A stretch of DNA of 64,000 bases from Candidatus Atabeyarchaeum deiterrae (GTDB taxonomy: Archaea > Asgardarchaeota > Atabeyarchaeia > Atabeyarchaeales > Atabeyarchaeaceae): the NCBI GenBank assembly GCA_037310415.1, contig CP147780.1, positions 1,184,001 to 1,248,000 of the forward strand, written 5' to 3'. The position numbers and the translations under genes were made by a program. Under the pieces are notes generated by a model, which was not told where the DNA came from, did not search any database, and saw nothing but the letters and a program-made list of their open reading frames with translations. Of this stretch, positions 19,718 to 29,371 are shown in pieces; within the stretch, counting starts at the first letter, position 1, and every line of letters begins with the position of its first letter.

Positions 19718-20350
19718 TTACGATGCCATCAGTTGCTTTATGTGCTTCACACCCGCTACGGCATCATCAGCATAATCGTCGGCACCGAATTTCTTTGCGG
19801 ACTCCATGTTCAGAGGTGCTCCGCCAACAATCATTTTGACCTTCTTCCTGATGCCAGCTTCTTTCAGCGCTTTGTCTACTATTGCTATTTCTGGAGCAGT
19901 CATCGCAAGGAGAGAGCTCAACGCAAGCACTCTGGCATTTGACTCTTTCATGGTCTTAACAATGTCTTTTTCATTGACATTTGTACCCAAGTCAATGATT
20001 CTGAAGCCAGCTGACATTAACATTGAGACGAGTATGTTTTTGCCGATGTCGTGGTTGTCTCCTTTGACAGTTGCAAGCACCACTGTTTGTTTGTTTCCCT
20101 TTTCTTCTGATTTTAGGTGTGGTTCGAGGATCTTGAATGCCTCTTTCATCGTTTCTCCTGCCAGCACTAGGTCAGTGAGGTAGTATTCCATTGCTTCGTA
20201 TCGTCTTCCTACCTCATCCATACCTTCGGTGAGTGCGTTAAGGATTTCTTGGGAACTTGTCCCCTTATCTAATTCCGACTGGACTGCGCCGGCGATCTCT
20301 TCAGCAGCCAAGTTCACGAGTAGCTTACGGATTGAATCCAATGTCATCAC
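19718..20350 (-). CDS. Corrinoid (cobalamin-binding) methyl-carrier protein, MtaC/MtbC-like
   Basis: Cap domain LTEGMDEVGRRYE, B12 motif GDNHDIGKN, LSSLL, IVGGAP. GAGGTGA RBS. Confidence 0.92.
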   Translation of the reverse strand: MMTLDSIRKLLVNLAAEEIAGAVQSELDKGTSSQEILNALTEGMDEVGRRYEAMEYYLTDLVLAGETMKEAFKILEPHLKSEEKGNKQTVVLATVKGDNHDIGKNILVSMLMSAGFRIIDLGTNVNEKDIVKTMKESNARVLALSSLLAMTAPEIAIVDKALKEAGIRKKVKMIVGGAPLNMESAKKFGADDYADDAVAGVKHIKQLMAS

Positions 20351-20508
20351 ATCACCTCAAGAACCACTCGGATAAGTTAGAGCGGGGATGGTCGAGCGAA
20401 ATTTTTCATATGACTACTCGTTGGTTGAGAGTTAAAAAGACTTGCTCAAGTGGAGAACCACCATGTATCTTGAAATATCTGGTTCGCGTAATGAGAGACT
20501 TGGGTGGT

Positions 20509-21681
20509 ATGATGGACGCGCCGACAAGGGTTTTGAAGTCTATGAATCACGAGGAGCCTGATCGAGTGCCTGCTTTCGAGGCTGCTTTCACAAACAATAC
20601 TATCATGGCTCATTACGGTGTGCCTTCTACTGGTGGTCTGACAGGCGGGCTGGATACTATCAAGAACTTGCCAAACAAAGACCAGATAGTGAGAATGGCT
20701 CTGAAAAGCCGTGAGTTTGTCGCCAAGGGACTCGAAAACGGCTATGAGTTCTCTCGCAGAATCAAGTTGGACATCACACTGAGCGTGTCTTCAGTCTTCC
20801 CAAGGAAGGTGCTGGAGGAAGGCTGGATCGACGAGTACGGTCGAATCATGAAACTTGAGAGATATGCAGGCGATGGAACCGTGATTCTGGGATATCACGG
20901 GGGTCATTTCCGTGATTTCAGTGATTATGAGAGCTGGGAGCAACCCGATCCCGCTGACGAGATTCGCCTAACAGGCTTTCTCGCAGGTAGAGACGTGCAG
21001 AAGAAAATGGACAATGAAATTTTCGCGGTTCCCTCTACAGGTGCAATGATGGAATGCACTTGGCAGGGTTTTGGTCTGGAAAGATTCTCAAGACTACTTG
21101 CCCATGGAAAGGAAATCAAGAAAGTGTTCGACGATAGAGGCAAGTTTACTCTCGAGCTGGTAAAGATACTGGCTGAGAATAATGGGCAGATGGTCTTGCT
21201 TTGGGACGATTATGGATACAAGAACGGGCTCTTCATGAGTCCTCGAAATTACCGTACATATGTGTTTCCTTGGCTTAGGCAGATCTGTCAAGCGGCTCAC
21301 AAACATGACTGCAGGATACTACTTCATTCGGATGGCGATCTTCTTCAGATTTTTCAGGACATAATTGACTGCGGGGTTGATGCACTTAACCCAATAGAAC
21401 CTACAACTGCAAATCCAGAGTATGATATCTTCAAACTCCACGAGAAATACGGGGACAAAATAACATTTGTAGGGAACATTAGTCCCATGATGCTCGCGAC
21501 GGGTAGCATAAAGGAAATCGAGGACTACTCCAAGAAACTTATACGTGAGTTGGCCCCCGGAGGGGGATATATTTTCAGTAGCGGTCACAGCATCAATCCA
21601 GCTGTGACTGTGGATCGCTGGCAAGCCGTGATGAAAACCCGTGAGAATTTCGGCAACTACCCGATAAACGTGCCCAAATAG
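20509..21681 (+). CDS. Uroporphyrinogen-decarboxylase-superfamily protein, probable corrinoid methyltransferase
   Basis: HEEPDRVP, DEYGR, WDDYGYKNGLFMSP, LHSDG, GVDALNPIE, GGGYIFSSGHSI. Divergent from the corrinoid gene. The longer ORF from 20257 overlaps that gene, so the start was moved. Confidence 0.8.
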   Translation: MMDAPTRVLKSMNHEEPDRVPAFEAAFTNNTIMAHYGVPSTGGLTGGLDTIKNLPNKDQIVRMALKSREFVAKGLENGYEFSRRIKLDITLSVSSVFPRKVLEEGWIDEYGRIMKLERYAGDGTVILGYHGGHFRDFSDYESWEQPDPADEIRLTGFLAGRDVQKKMDNEIFAVPSTGAMMECTWQGFGLERFSRLLAHGKEIKKVFDDRGKFTLELVKILAENNGQMVLLWDDYGYKNGLFMSPRNYRTYVFPWLRQICQAAHKHDCRILLHSDGDLLQIFQDIIDCGVDALNPIEPTTANPEYDIFKLHEKYGDKITFVGNISPMMLATGSIKEIEDYSKKLIRELAPGGGYIFSSGHSINPAVTVDRWQAVMKTRENFGNYPINVPK

Positions 21682-21733
21682 TGCCATGTCTCATCTCTGG
21701 GTTGAATGAGAATCTGATTGCAAAGGTGTTAAT

Positions 21734-23002
21734 GTGTTACGCGTGTTGATTTATGAATATGTTACAGGTGGAGGTTTTCTGGAAAAACCAACCTTCCCCT
21801 CAATCTTGAGCGAGGCATATGCAATATTGAATGCATTGCTCGAAGATTTTTCAGGTAATGAGGGATATGAGACTACTACAATACTGGATAATAGGCTAGC
21901 GGAAAATGCTGAGACGAAAGCCGCCAGAAGGATAGTCCGCATCTCGTCCAATGCTGGACTAGACTTGGCGTTGAAATCTGCTCTATCAGAAGTTGACGCA
22001 GCAATAGTCGTTGCTCCCGAAACCGAAGGGATGTTGGGGAAACTTACGAAAACAGTTGAAGAGAACGGAGGCCCCATTCTACTTGGATCCAATTCAGAGG
22101 CTTTGAAATGTGTTTCAAATAAGAAGACCGCTCTGGAACTGGCCAAGTCGATAGGTACACCTGTTCCTGAAACAGCAAGCGCGTCAGTATCTCAAGGTGA
22201 GAATGCGATTTACGCTCTGGCTCGAGACATCGGTCTACCTGTTATCATAAAGCCTCAGAGCGGCGCTGGCTGTGAGAGCGTCTATGTCATCAATAGCCGC
22301 AAGGACTTGACCAGAATGATCGAGATTGCGGGTGGAATAAGAGGCAATAGGGAACTGCTTGTGCAGGAGTACGTAAAAGGAATAGATGCCAGTGTTAGTG
22401 CCCTTGTTTCCAGAGACGGACACATCACTCCGCTTTCCCTCAATAGGCAACAAGTTGAACTCAAATCCCCAAGTGAGAAAGGCTCCTCCTATCAAGGTGG
22501 CTACACCCCTTTTGATCATCCTTTGTTGTCGGACACCTTCGACTCAGCACGTAAGATCGCTGAAACCGTGCAAGGGCTGAGAGGATACATAGGCATCGAT
22601 TTTGTGTTGACAGACGACAGGCCGGTATTCATGGAATTGAACGCCAGAATCACAACCTCGTATACTGGGTTGTGTCGAGTACTTCGAAGCAATGGAAGAA
22701 AAGGTGTAGCGAAGGCGATTGTAGATGCGTCAACCAAATCTGGGTTGCCCAAGCACATTACGTTCGATGGCTTTGCAGGCTACTCTAAGTTCAAGTTGGA
22801 TCCCAATGCTAGACTTAGTTCAGAGGCGATTCATAAACTATCAACCATGGATTCTGTTCAGTCTCCTCCATTCTTGGAGCAAGAAGGAGAAAAGGAAGTC
22901 TTCTTGGTCAACGTTGGTGCGTCGCTAAGTGACGTTTGGAAAACAAGGTCCCGTAGCGAGGAAAAGATCAGACAGGCAATTACCACTTCTGTAGGAGTTT
23001 GA
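21734..23002 (+). CDS. mfnD: ATP-grasp tyramine-L-glutamate ligase-like (methanofuran biosynthesis)
   Basis: IYEYVTGGG..LSEAYAILNALLEDF, VAPE, IKP..GAGC, SLNRQ, YQGGYTP, GYIGIDF, ELNARITTSY. Clustered with other mfn genes. Confidence 0.78.
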   Translation: MLRVLIYEYVTGGGFLEKPTFPSILSEAYAILNALLEDFSGNEGYETTTILDNRLAENAETKAARRIVRISSNAGLDLALKSALSEVDAAIVVAPETEGMLGKLTKTVEENGGPILLGSNSEALKCVSNKKTALELAKSIGTPVPETASASVSQGENAIYALARDIGLPVIIKPQSGAGCESVYVINSRKDLTRMIEIAGGIRGNRELLVQEYVKGIDASVSALVSRDGHITPLSLNRQQVELKSPSEKGSSYQGGYTPFDHPLLSDTFDSARKIAETVQGLRGYIGIDFVLTDDRPVFMELNARITTSYTGLCRVLRSNGRKGVAKAIVDASTKSGLPKHITFDGFAGYSKFKLDPNARLSSEAIHKLSTMDSVQSPPFLEQEGEKEVFLVNVGASLSDVWKTRSRSEEKIRQAITTSVGV

Positions 23003-23008
23003 AAGGAC

Positions 23009-24109
23009 TTGAGCAATCGTGTGATTCTTGGTTGGGACATTGGGGGAGCAAATACCAAAGCCTCCCTGGTCGAGTTCAAAGGTGACAAGAAAATCAAAAT
23101 CAAAAGTATCATAAGGTACTTCCCAATCTGGCTTGAAGGCAAAGAGAGGCTGCCGGAGGTACTGAAAGAACTGAAAGAGGAACTGCTCAAGGGTCAGAGA
23201 ATCGACGGCATTGCAGTCACGATGACAGCGGAGCTCTCAGATGCATATTACACCAAACGGGAAGGAGTGAATCATGTTCTAGATAGTCTGATGATTGCCT
23301 TCTCAGACGCCGACTGCGTAATCCGCATAGTGGATGCGAATGCAGATCTTAGAACGGTCGAGGAAGCACGGTCTGGGTATTTGATGGTCGCTGCGGCAAA
23401 CTGGTCTGCAACTGCTTGGTTAGTGGGCAAGCGCTTGAAAGACACTATTCTCCTTGACACAGGTTCAACTACAACGGATATTATTCCGATAAAGGGAGGT
23501 AAGATTGTCGCAGCCGGCAGAACCGATCCTGAGAGACTCGTATCTGGAGAACTTGTCTTTACCGGAGCACTTCGAACACCGATTTCTGCCATAATAGGTA
23601 TTTTGACGTACAAAAACAAGCCTTGTAGAGTTTCTTCTGAGAAGTTTGCTATCTCTGCGGATGTCCACTTGGTTCTTGAGCACATCACTGAGGACGAGTA
23701 CACATGTGACACGGCAGATGGAAGGAGTAAGAGCCAGAAGGACTCCGCTGCTAGGATAGCGAGAGTCATTTGCGCCGACATAGAGATGCTGGCCGATGCT
23801 GAGATAATCCTTCTAGCTAAGAAGATCTATGAAGCACAGCTTGAAACAATTAGCAATGCTCTCTCACAGGTTGCAGACAGACTCTGCATTACAGGCAAAT
23901 CAAGAAGGAACTATCCGATAGCCGTCGCTGGCATGGGACGACGGTTCCTAGCAGCTGAGGCAGCAAGAAAAGTAGGCTTTATGAAGATAATCGACCTTGC
24001 AGATGTTTTGAATGAACAAGGCGCGGCGACAGCCCCTTCGGCAGCAGCCGCGGTTATGTTGAATGAATACCTGACGAAGAAACGAGTAGAAATGAATCAC
24101 ATCCCTTAA
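23009..24109 (+). CDS. mfnF: Methanofuran biosynthesis protein MfnF (hydantoinase/ASKHA family)
   Basis: GWDIGGANTK, TMTAELSDAY..KREGV, AAANW, DTGSTTTDIIP, GELVFTGALRT, TADG, ARVICAD. Confidence 0.88.
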   Translation: MSNRVILGWDIGGANTKASLVEFKGDKKIKIKSIIRYFPIWLEGKERLPEVLKELKEELLKGQRIDGIAVTMTAELSDAYYTKREGVNHVLDSLMIAFSDADCVIRIVDANADLRTVEEARSGYLMVAAANWSATAWLVGKRLKDTILLDTGSTTTDIIPIKGGKIVAAGRTDPERLVSGELVFTGALRTPISAIIGILTYKNKPCRVSSEKFAISADVHLVLEHITEDEYTCDTADGRSKSQKDSAARIARVICADIEMLADAEIILLAKKIYEAQLETISNALSQVADRLCITGKSRRNYPIAVAGMGRRFLAAEAARKVGFMKIIDLADVLNEQGAATAPSAAAAVMLNEYLTKKRVEMNHIP

Positions 24110-24136
24110 ATTAAGGCAACCAGAACAGTAGGCTTA

Positions 24137-24850
24137 TTGCCTAGTCAGGAAGGATCAGAAGTGAAACGAGTTATTGATGCAGTAGTAAAGATCGGTGGAA
24201 GCGTCCTCCTCAACTGCCGTGATTCAATTAGACCACTTTTTGCGAAGATTGCTGAAATCGCCAAGATATTCAGGTTGGTTGCAACCCCAGGGGGCGGCTC
24301 ATTCGCGGATGAGGTTCGCAGAATCCATAAAGAGTTCGAACTGTCGGATACTACTGTGCATTGGATGGCCATACTAGCAATGGATCAGAATGCTTTCATC
24401 ATAAACCAGTTCTTAGAAGGGTCACACGTTGTTTCCGATGTGAGTGACGCTCGAAGAATCACCAAAGGGCACCGCGTTGCCATTCTTGCGCCATTCAGGT
24501 TGATGCGAAACAGAGATCCCTTACCACACTCTTGGAGTGTCACAAGTGACTCTATTGCAGCCTACGTAGCAAAGTCCATGCGAGCCCGCATGGTTATTCT
24601 CTTGAAAGATGTCGACGGATTGTACACGGATGATCCAAAAAGAGTCATGGATGCAACTCTAATAGAGAAGACGACAGCTAACGAGTTAATCGAGAAGATG
24701 ACCAGACCCACGTGTATTGACAAGATGCTGCCGAAGATACTCAGGAATAGCAGGGTAAGAGTCCACATCGTTAATGGATCGTTCCCCGAGAGACTCGAAA
24801 ATATTCTCAAAGGAGAACCCACAATAGAAACGGTAATACTGCCTTCTTGA
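24137..24850 (+). CDS. mfnE: Amino-acid-kinase-family MfnE
   Basis: VKIGGS, PGGGSFADEVR, HWMAILAMDQ, LPHSWSVTSDSIAA, KDVDG. Confidence 0.85.
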   Translation: MPSQEGSEVKRVIDAVVKIGGSVLLNCRDSIRPLFAKIAEIAKIFRLVATPGGGSFADEVRRIHKEFELSDTTVHWMAILAMDQNAFIINQFLEGSHVVSDVSDARRITKGHRVAILAPFRLMRNRDPLPHSWSVTSDSIAAYVAKSMRARMVILLKDVDGLYTDDPKRVMDATLIEKTTANELIEKMTRPTCIDKMLPKILRNSRVRVHIVNGSFPERLENILKGEPTIETVILPS

Positions 24851-24862
24851 CTGAGGCCTATG

Positions 24863-25639
24863 TCAAACTACAACTTCTCCCCTTGCTAGGTTTCCCTTCA
24901 AACCAGTATCGGATTCCGTTTCCTTGATGGCATCAATGAGTTCTCGCACCTTCCATCTACTTATTCTGCCACTAACCCGATTTAGACCTTCGCAGACCGC
25001 TGTACGCACGCCGATGACGTCAACCTTGAGTTTGGTTAGGATGCTAACATCCGCCTTCTGAAGTGAACCAGCCAGAGCAGCGGACAATCCTCGGTCATGT
25101 GATCTTTCGACGAAGAGATCTAGATCGGTTGAAGTTAGGAAGTCAAACAGCCTTCTCCCATCCTTCAGTTTTGTGTCAATCATAGCTACGTGAGACCCAG
25201 ATTTCGCAGCAATCTCAGGGATCAAAAGAGGATCAAGGGTTCCAGTTCGTTTCCAGTCAGCGTAAGCAGCTGCGACAACTTTGATGGATGGATCCCACTC
25301 TTTCACAGAACGGACAACGTTACCCATCAGAAACACGGCATCACTGAAGGAACTGGGACCAAGAAGACCAACCTTAACATAGTTCGCACCAACGGCTGCA
25401 GCGCCTAGTGCCGCAAGCGACGCCGTCCCAGGAAGATTGGGAAGGTCACCCAATGTTGCCGAGACCTCGATGTTTCGTGGAACAAGCTTCCTGATCCGTC
25501 GTATGACCCAAGGAAAATTGGCGCCTAGAGATCCTTCAGAGGGGTTCTTGACATCGATTATGTCCGCGCCGCCAGATACTGCCTCAAGTGCTTCATCTTC
25601 GTCCTTTGGTGAGACTAGTAACTTCACTTCTCTGTTCAC
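24863..25639 (-). CDS. mfnB: (5-formylfuran-3-yl)methyl phosphate synthase
   Basis: LLVSP, GGADIIDVKNPSEGSLGANFPW, SATLGD, YVKVGL, MIDT..KDG, ALAGSL, GVRTAVC. Confidence 0.92.
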   Translation of the reverse strand: MNREVKLLVSPKDEDEALEAVSGGADIIDVKNPSEGSLGANFPWVIRRIRKLVPRNIEVSATLGDLPNLPGTASLAALGAAAVGANYVKVGLLGPSSFSDAVFLMGNVVRSVKEWDPSIKVVAAAYADWKRTGTLDPLLIPEIAAKSGSHVAMIDTKLKDGRRLFDFLTSTDLDLFVERSHDRGLSAALAGSLQKADVSILTKLKVDVIGVRTAVCEGLNRVSGRISRWKVRELIDAIKETESDTGLKGNLARGEVVV

Positions 25640-25862
25640 AACCTCGAAATATGCTCTAGGATTCGCCTGTGATCTCCGTCAAACCCACGCATTCCTCACT
25701 CTTAGAGTAATAAAATCGTTACCCTCCTTAAAATCTTATTCTCCCAAAGTATGGGAAGAAATGTGGGTGTCCCTGTGAAATCTCTGACTAGCGTGCTCTC
25801 GGAAATCTTTAATAGCTGGTATCCGAGGAAAATGTCACCATCGTGAGAGGGGTGGAGCTAGC

Positions 25863-26639
25863 TTGAGTCAGAAAACTGAGACTCCAGGTAAAACTAAAGA
25901 CCACATAGGCGTTAGAGCTCACAATCTCTCGAAGCGCTACGGTCGCGTCATGGCATTGAGTGGGCTTAACATGGAAGTGCCTTATGGCCAGATCCACGGG
26001 CTAGTTGGACCCAATGGGGCTGGCAAAAGCACTGCACTCAAGATCCTTTGCGGGATCACGACCCCTACCGAAGGTGTAAGTAGCATAGCAGGTTTTGATG
26101 TTGAAGACGAGCCAGAGAAAGCTAAGGCCAACCTAGGTTACATTCCAGAGGAGTCTTACGGCTACGACGCCCTAACTGTGAGAGAGTTTCTCAGTTTTGT
26201 TACAAGACTATACGACGTACCGCCGAATACCGCGCAGAAGCAAGTCAAGAAATACGTGGGTCAGTTCAAGCTTGAGGAGTATCTCGGAAGGTACATGGGT
26301 GAGTTATCAAGAGGGTTCGCACACCGTGTGGTACTGTGCTCGCTATTCATTCACGAACCAAAGGTTTTCCTCCTAGATGATCCATTCAATAGCCTTGATC
26401 CTTACTCTTCTTGGCTCCTAAAAAAGATCCTAGTCGACAAGCGCAAAGAGGGACGAACCGTGATCTTGGCTACTCACTTGCTCGACATAGCTGAGAAGAT
26501 CTGCGACTCATTCACCGTGCTGGATCGAGGAGTTACTATAGCGAAAGGTACGCTTCAAGAATTTCGCTCCGAGTTGAGGTTGAATTCGCTTGAAGAGATA
26601 TTCCTGAAGCTCACAGAGAAGAGTGAGAGGCTGGGGTAG
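25863..26639 (+). CDS. ABC exporter ATP-binding protein (atypical signature and Walker B)
   Basis: Walker A GPNGAGKST, signature LSRGFAHR, Walker B FLLDDP, H-loop ATH. Confidence 0.88.
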   Translation: MSQKTETPGKTKDHIGVRAHNLSKRYGRVMALSGLNMEVPYGQIHGLVGPNGAGKSTALKILCGITTPTEGVSSIAGFDVEDEPEKAKANLGYIPEESYGYDALTVREFLSFVTRLYDVPPNTAQKQVKKYVGQFKLEEYLGRYMGELSRGFAHRVVLCSLFIHEPKVFLLDDPFNSLDPYSSWLLKKILVDKRKEGRTVILATHLLDIAEKICDSFTVLDRGVTIAKGTLQEFRSELRLNSLEEIFLKLTEKSERLG

Positions 26640-26645
26640 AGCGAC

Positions 26646-28265
26646 TTGAACCAGACTTTACTCCTCATGTCACATGAGCTCAGACTGATGTGGAAAGACT
26701 TCAGATTCTCCGCGAGGAGATCGCTGACTGTAATTCTGATCATTCAAGTTGTCGCTATGGTCGCCGCCATGTATTTCGCTCTAGCAACAATAACGTTCCT
26801 GCTGTTTGATGCCTCGCCAGCGACTGGTGCCGGGTTCATTAACGCTCTTGCGAAGTTGGGTCTAACAGGTACAAGAATCTCTGATCTCCTATACTATTCT
26901 TTGCTGCTGCTTTTTGTTTCCACATTTATAAGAGGGCTCATATCGTCAAGCTTCGGATGGCTCTTCACCAGAGTTGACGAGAGTACAATCATCGCTTCTC
27001 CAGCCGCGCCTCACGCCCTCTATTTGGCCAAGAGATTTAGAAAGTTACTGACCCATATCATGACAGTTACGTTGCTGCTTATTGCCATTTATCCGGTTGT
27101 TACCCGGATCGGCTTCAATGGATTCCATTTGATATTTCTCTTCATTACCTTATTGGCCTTCACAGAGATCTATGGATTGCTTGAAAATGTCACTTATAGT
27201 ATTTCTAGGGGGCTCTTAAAGCCACGCTCTCGTCTTCAGAGAGCCGCCCTGATAATAGCATTCCTTGCTCTCGTATTCTTCGTTGTCGTTCCTCCTTTTC
27301 TTGTGTACTTCCTTGGAGATCCAATCATGTTCATTGCTTACCTTTATCCTCCCTATCTCTGTTCGCGAATACTTGCGCTGAATCTCCCATTTGGCATTGG
27401 CTTCGGGGTCTCTTTACTGGTAATCGACGCTATTCTTTTCCTGATTGTTGCATCCGTCACTGCAAGGTTTGGTTTGAGGAGATGGTCATCTTCCCCCAGA
27501 CTGTCCCAAACGAGAGGAAGCTTCATTCGCCTGAGGAATAATATATTGATGGGGAAGAAAGGGAAGAAACCTGGCGCAGGTCTAATATTCATGAAAGACT
27601 TCTGGACTACAATTCGGAACCCCGCGAAGTTCTTCGTTCCGTTGGCTATCGCCTTTCTTCTCTTCATCTTCGCTTTTCAGCTCCAATTAATGTTTCCAGT
27701 TGCTCCACAACCTCAACTAGCTTCGCAATTTACTGAACCCATTTTTCTCCTATCAACCTACCTAGCGGCTGTGTTCATCTTACCCCCTGCTTGGGATTCA
27801 TTCGCAAGCGAGAGACGTTCACTCTTCATATTGAAAACCGCGCCTATCCACCCAAGCGAGATCGTCAAGGGCAAATATGGTTTTGCGCTATTGAAATCAG
27901 CCTTATACATGGTTCCGATTATAGGCGCTCTTTCAACTTTACTTCCCCATTCTACAGATATCTCCCTCATCGCCTTGGAAGTGACATTAGTTGTGTTAGT
28001 CTCAAATGCGGTTGGTCTTCTCTCAAGCGTGAGCTACCCTCCATCATACCGAGGCGTAGGTCCTCCTCCTTTCCTGATAATCATAGGATTACCTGTGCTT
28101 TGCGCTCTTCTTACGGCACCAATTCCTTTCATACTGATGCTGCCCTACAGTAATGTGATACAATTTGTGCTCCAATCTGGTTTCATGCTACTCTATGTTC
28201 TGTTTATTGTGAGAATTTGTCTCGGCAGAGCGACAAGCTCATTTGTCAGATTGCAGGAAACCTAG
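26646..28265 (+). CDS. Putative ABC exporter permease (two-repeat, about 12 TMs)
   Basis: Highly hydrophobic. Has SER.SLFILKTAPI...GK and is coupled to the ATPase. Confidence 0.75.
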   Translation: MNQTLLLMSHELRLMWKDFRFSARRSLTVILIIQVVAMVAAMYFALATITFLLFDASPATGAGFINALAKLGLTGTRISDLLYYSLLLLFVSTFIRGLISSSFGWLFTRVDESTIIASPAAPHALYLAKRFRKLLTHIMTVTLLLIAIYPVVTRIGFNGFHLIFLFITLLAFTEIYGLLENVTYSISRGLLKPRSRLQRAALIIAFLALVFFVVVPPFLVYFLGDPIMFIAYLYPPYLCSRILALNLPFGIGFGVSLLVIDAILFLIVASVTARFGLRRWSSSPRLSQTRGSFIRLRNNILMGKKGKKPGAGLIFMKDFWTTIRNPAKFFVPLAIAFLLFIFAFQLQLMFPVAPQPQLASQFTEPIFLLSTYLAAVFILPPAWDSFASERRSLFILKTAPIHPSEIVKGKYGFALLKSALYMVPIIGALSTLLPHSTDISLIALEVTLVVLVSNAVGLLSSVSYPPSYRGVGPPPFLIIIGLPVLCALLTAPIPFILMLPYSNVIQFVLQSGFMLLYVLFIVRICLGRATSSFVRLQET

Positions 28266-28417
28266 AAATCTGGAGAATTGTAGAACAGAATAAATAGGGA
28301 ATTGCCTTCTAGTAGTGAAATGAGGATATCCACTCACTAGTGTTGTAAACCATGCTCTCATCGAAGAAGAGTTAAGTGGTTGGATGGATTTCTCTAGTCT
28401 AGGAGGATTAGACAACT

Positions 28418-29176
28418 TTGCCTCGAAACAGGAATATTCTTGCGCTTGTAGTTTTCATAGTTTGGTTCTACCTCCTCCTTGCCGTAGTTCTGAACCCTTC
28501 TTTTGTATCCCCGATTGCGCCTAACAATCCAGTCATGCCATTCCTCTCGGCTGAAGCTGTATCCTACTTTTGGCCACTTGTGCTAGTAACTTCGCCAATA
28601 GCGCTTCTCGCAGGGAAGAGACTTGCACGATCGAGTGAGGGTCAGAGAAGGGAAGTTTCACCCGAAGAGTTTGTCCGAATACAAGCCAGAGCTCATAGAA
28701 TGAGCGCTAGGGATAGAGAGAGCACCAGCCGACAAGAGGCGGAGGTTCCTTCTACCGAAGGATCAACTTCTACCAAGGTCAGTGAACCGGCAAGCGCGCC
28801 AACAACAAAAGATGCCGGCACAACCGAAACTGCGGTAGTTCGTCAAAGTGAATTCACGCCACCCCCCTCAAAAACGCGTGCCGCTAAGATGGCGGAACAA
28901 CCTTCGATCTCTGATCGGAACAAGATAACACAGAAAGTGTTAGAGCAGAAGGAGACTGAGACGTCTCTCGAGAACAAGAGGATCGATGAACTCGAAGCGG
29001 AGAAAGGTGCAGTGATGTCCTTGTTAAGCAGATTGGAAGAGATGAAAAGCGCAGAGAATATGAAACCAGAACTATATGAGAAATTGAAGAAAAGGTATGC
29101 GAATGAAATAGAAAGGATCAATGCCAAGATAGAAGAGTTCGCAACCAAGGAGAGTACCAAGGAAAAGGGTACGTAG
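28418..29176 (+). CDS. Hypothetical membrane protein: 2 TMs, S/T/P-rich linker, C-terminal coiled coil
   Basis: GGAGG RBS before TTG; architecture read from composition. Confidence 0.65.
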   Translation: MPRNRNILALVVFIVWFYLLLAVVLNPSFVSPIAPNNPVMPFLSAEAVSYFWPLVLVTSPIALLAGKRLARSSEGQRREVSPEEFVRIQARAHRMSARDRESTSRQEAEVPSTEGSTSTKVSEPASAPTTKDAGTTETAVVRQSEFTPPPSKTRAAKMAEQPSISDRNKITQKVLEQKETETSLENKRIDELEAEKGAVMSLLSRLEEMKSAENMKPELYEKLKKRYANEIERINAKIEEFATKESTKEKGT

Positions 29177-29371
29177 CGATTTCACGGAACTCGCTTGGTT
29201 TCGAACGCTGACGAGGCATTTTCTTAGGGAAACTACCTCAGAAGTGGTCATGTTCACTTTCTCCTGTCTCCAACAAAGAAATCAACCTGCGAACCACTTT
29301 GTGTTGATTGACCGAGATCATAGAAATACACCGGCACATGATTTGATCGACTACGCAGGGGACTTATTTGG

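Noticed and set aside
20257-20508. N-terminal extension of the 474-aa UroD ORF
   Set aside because: It overlaps the corrinoid gene and the divergent promoter region; family similarity begins near 20509.
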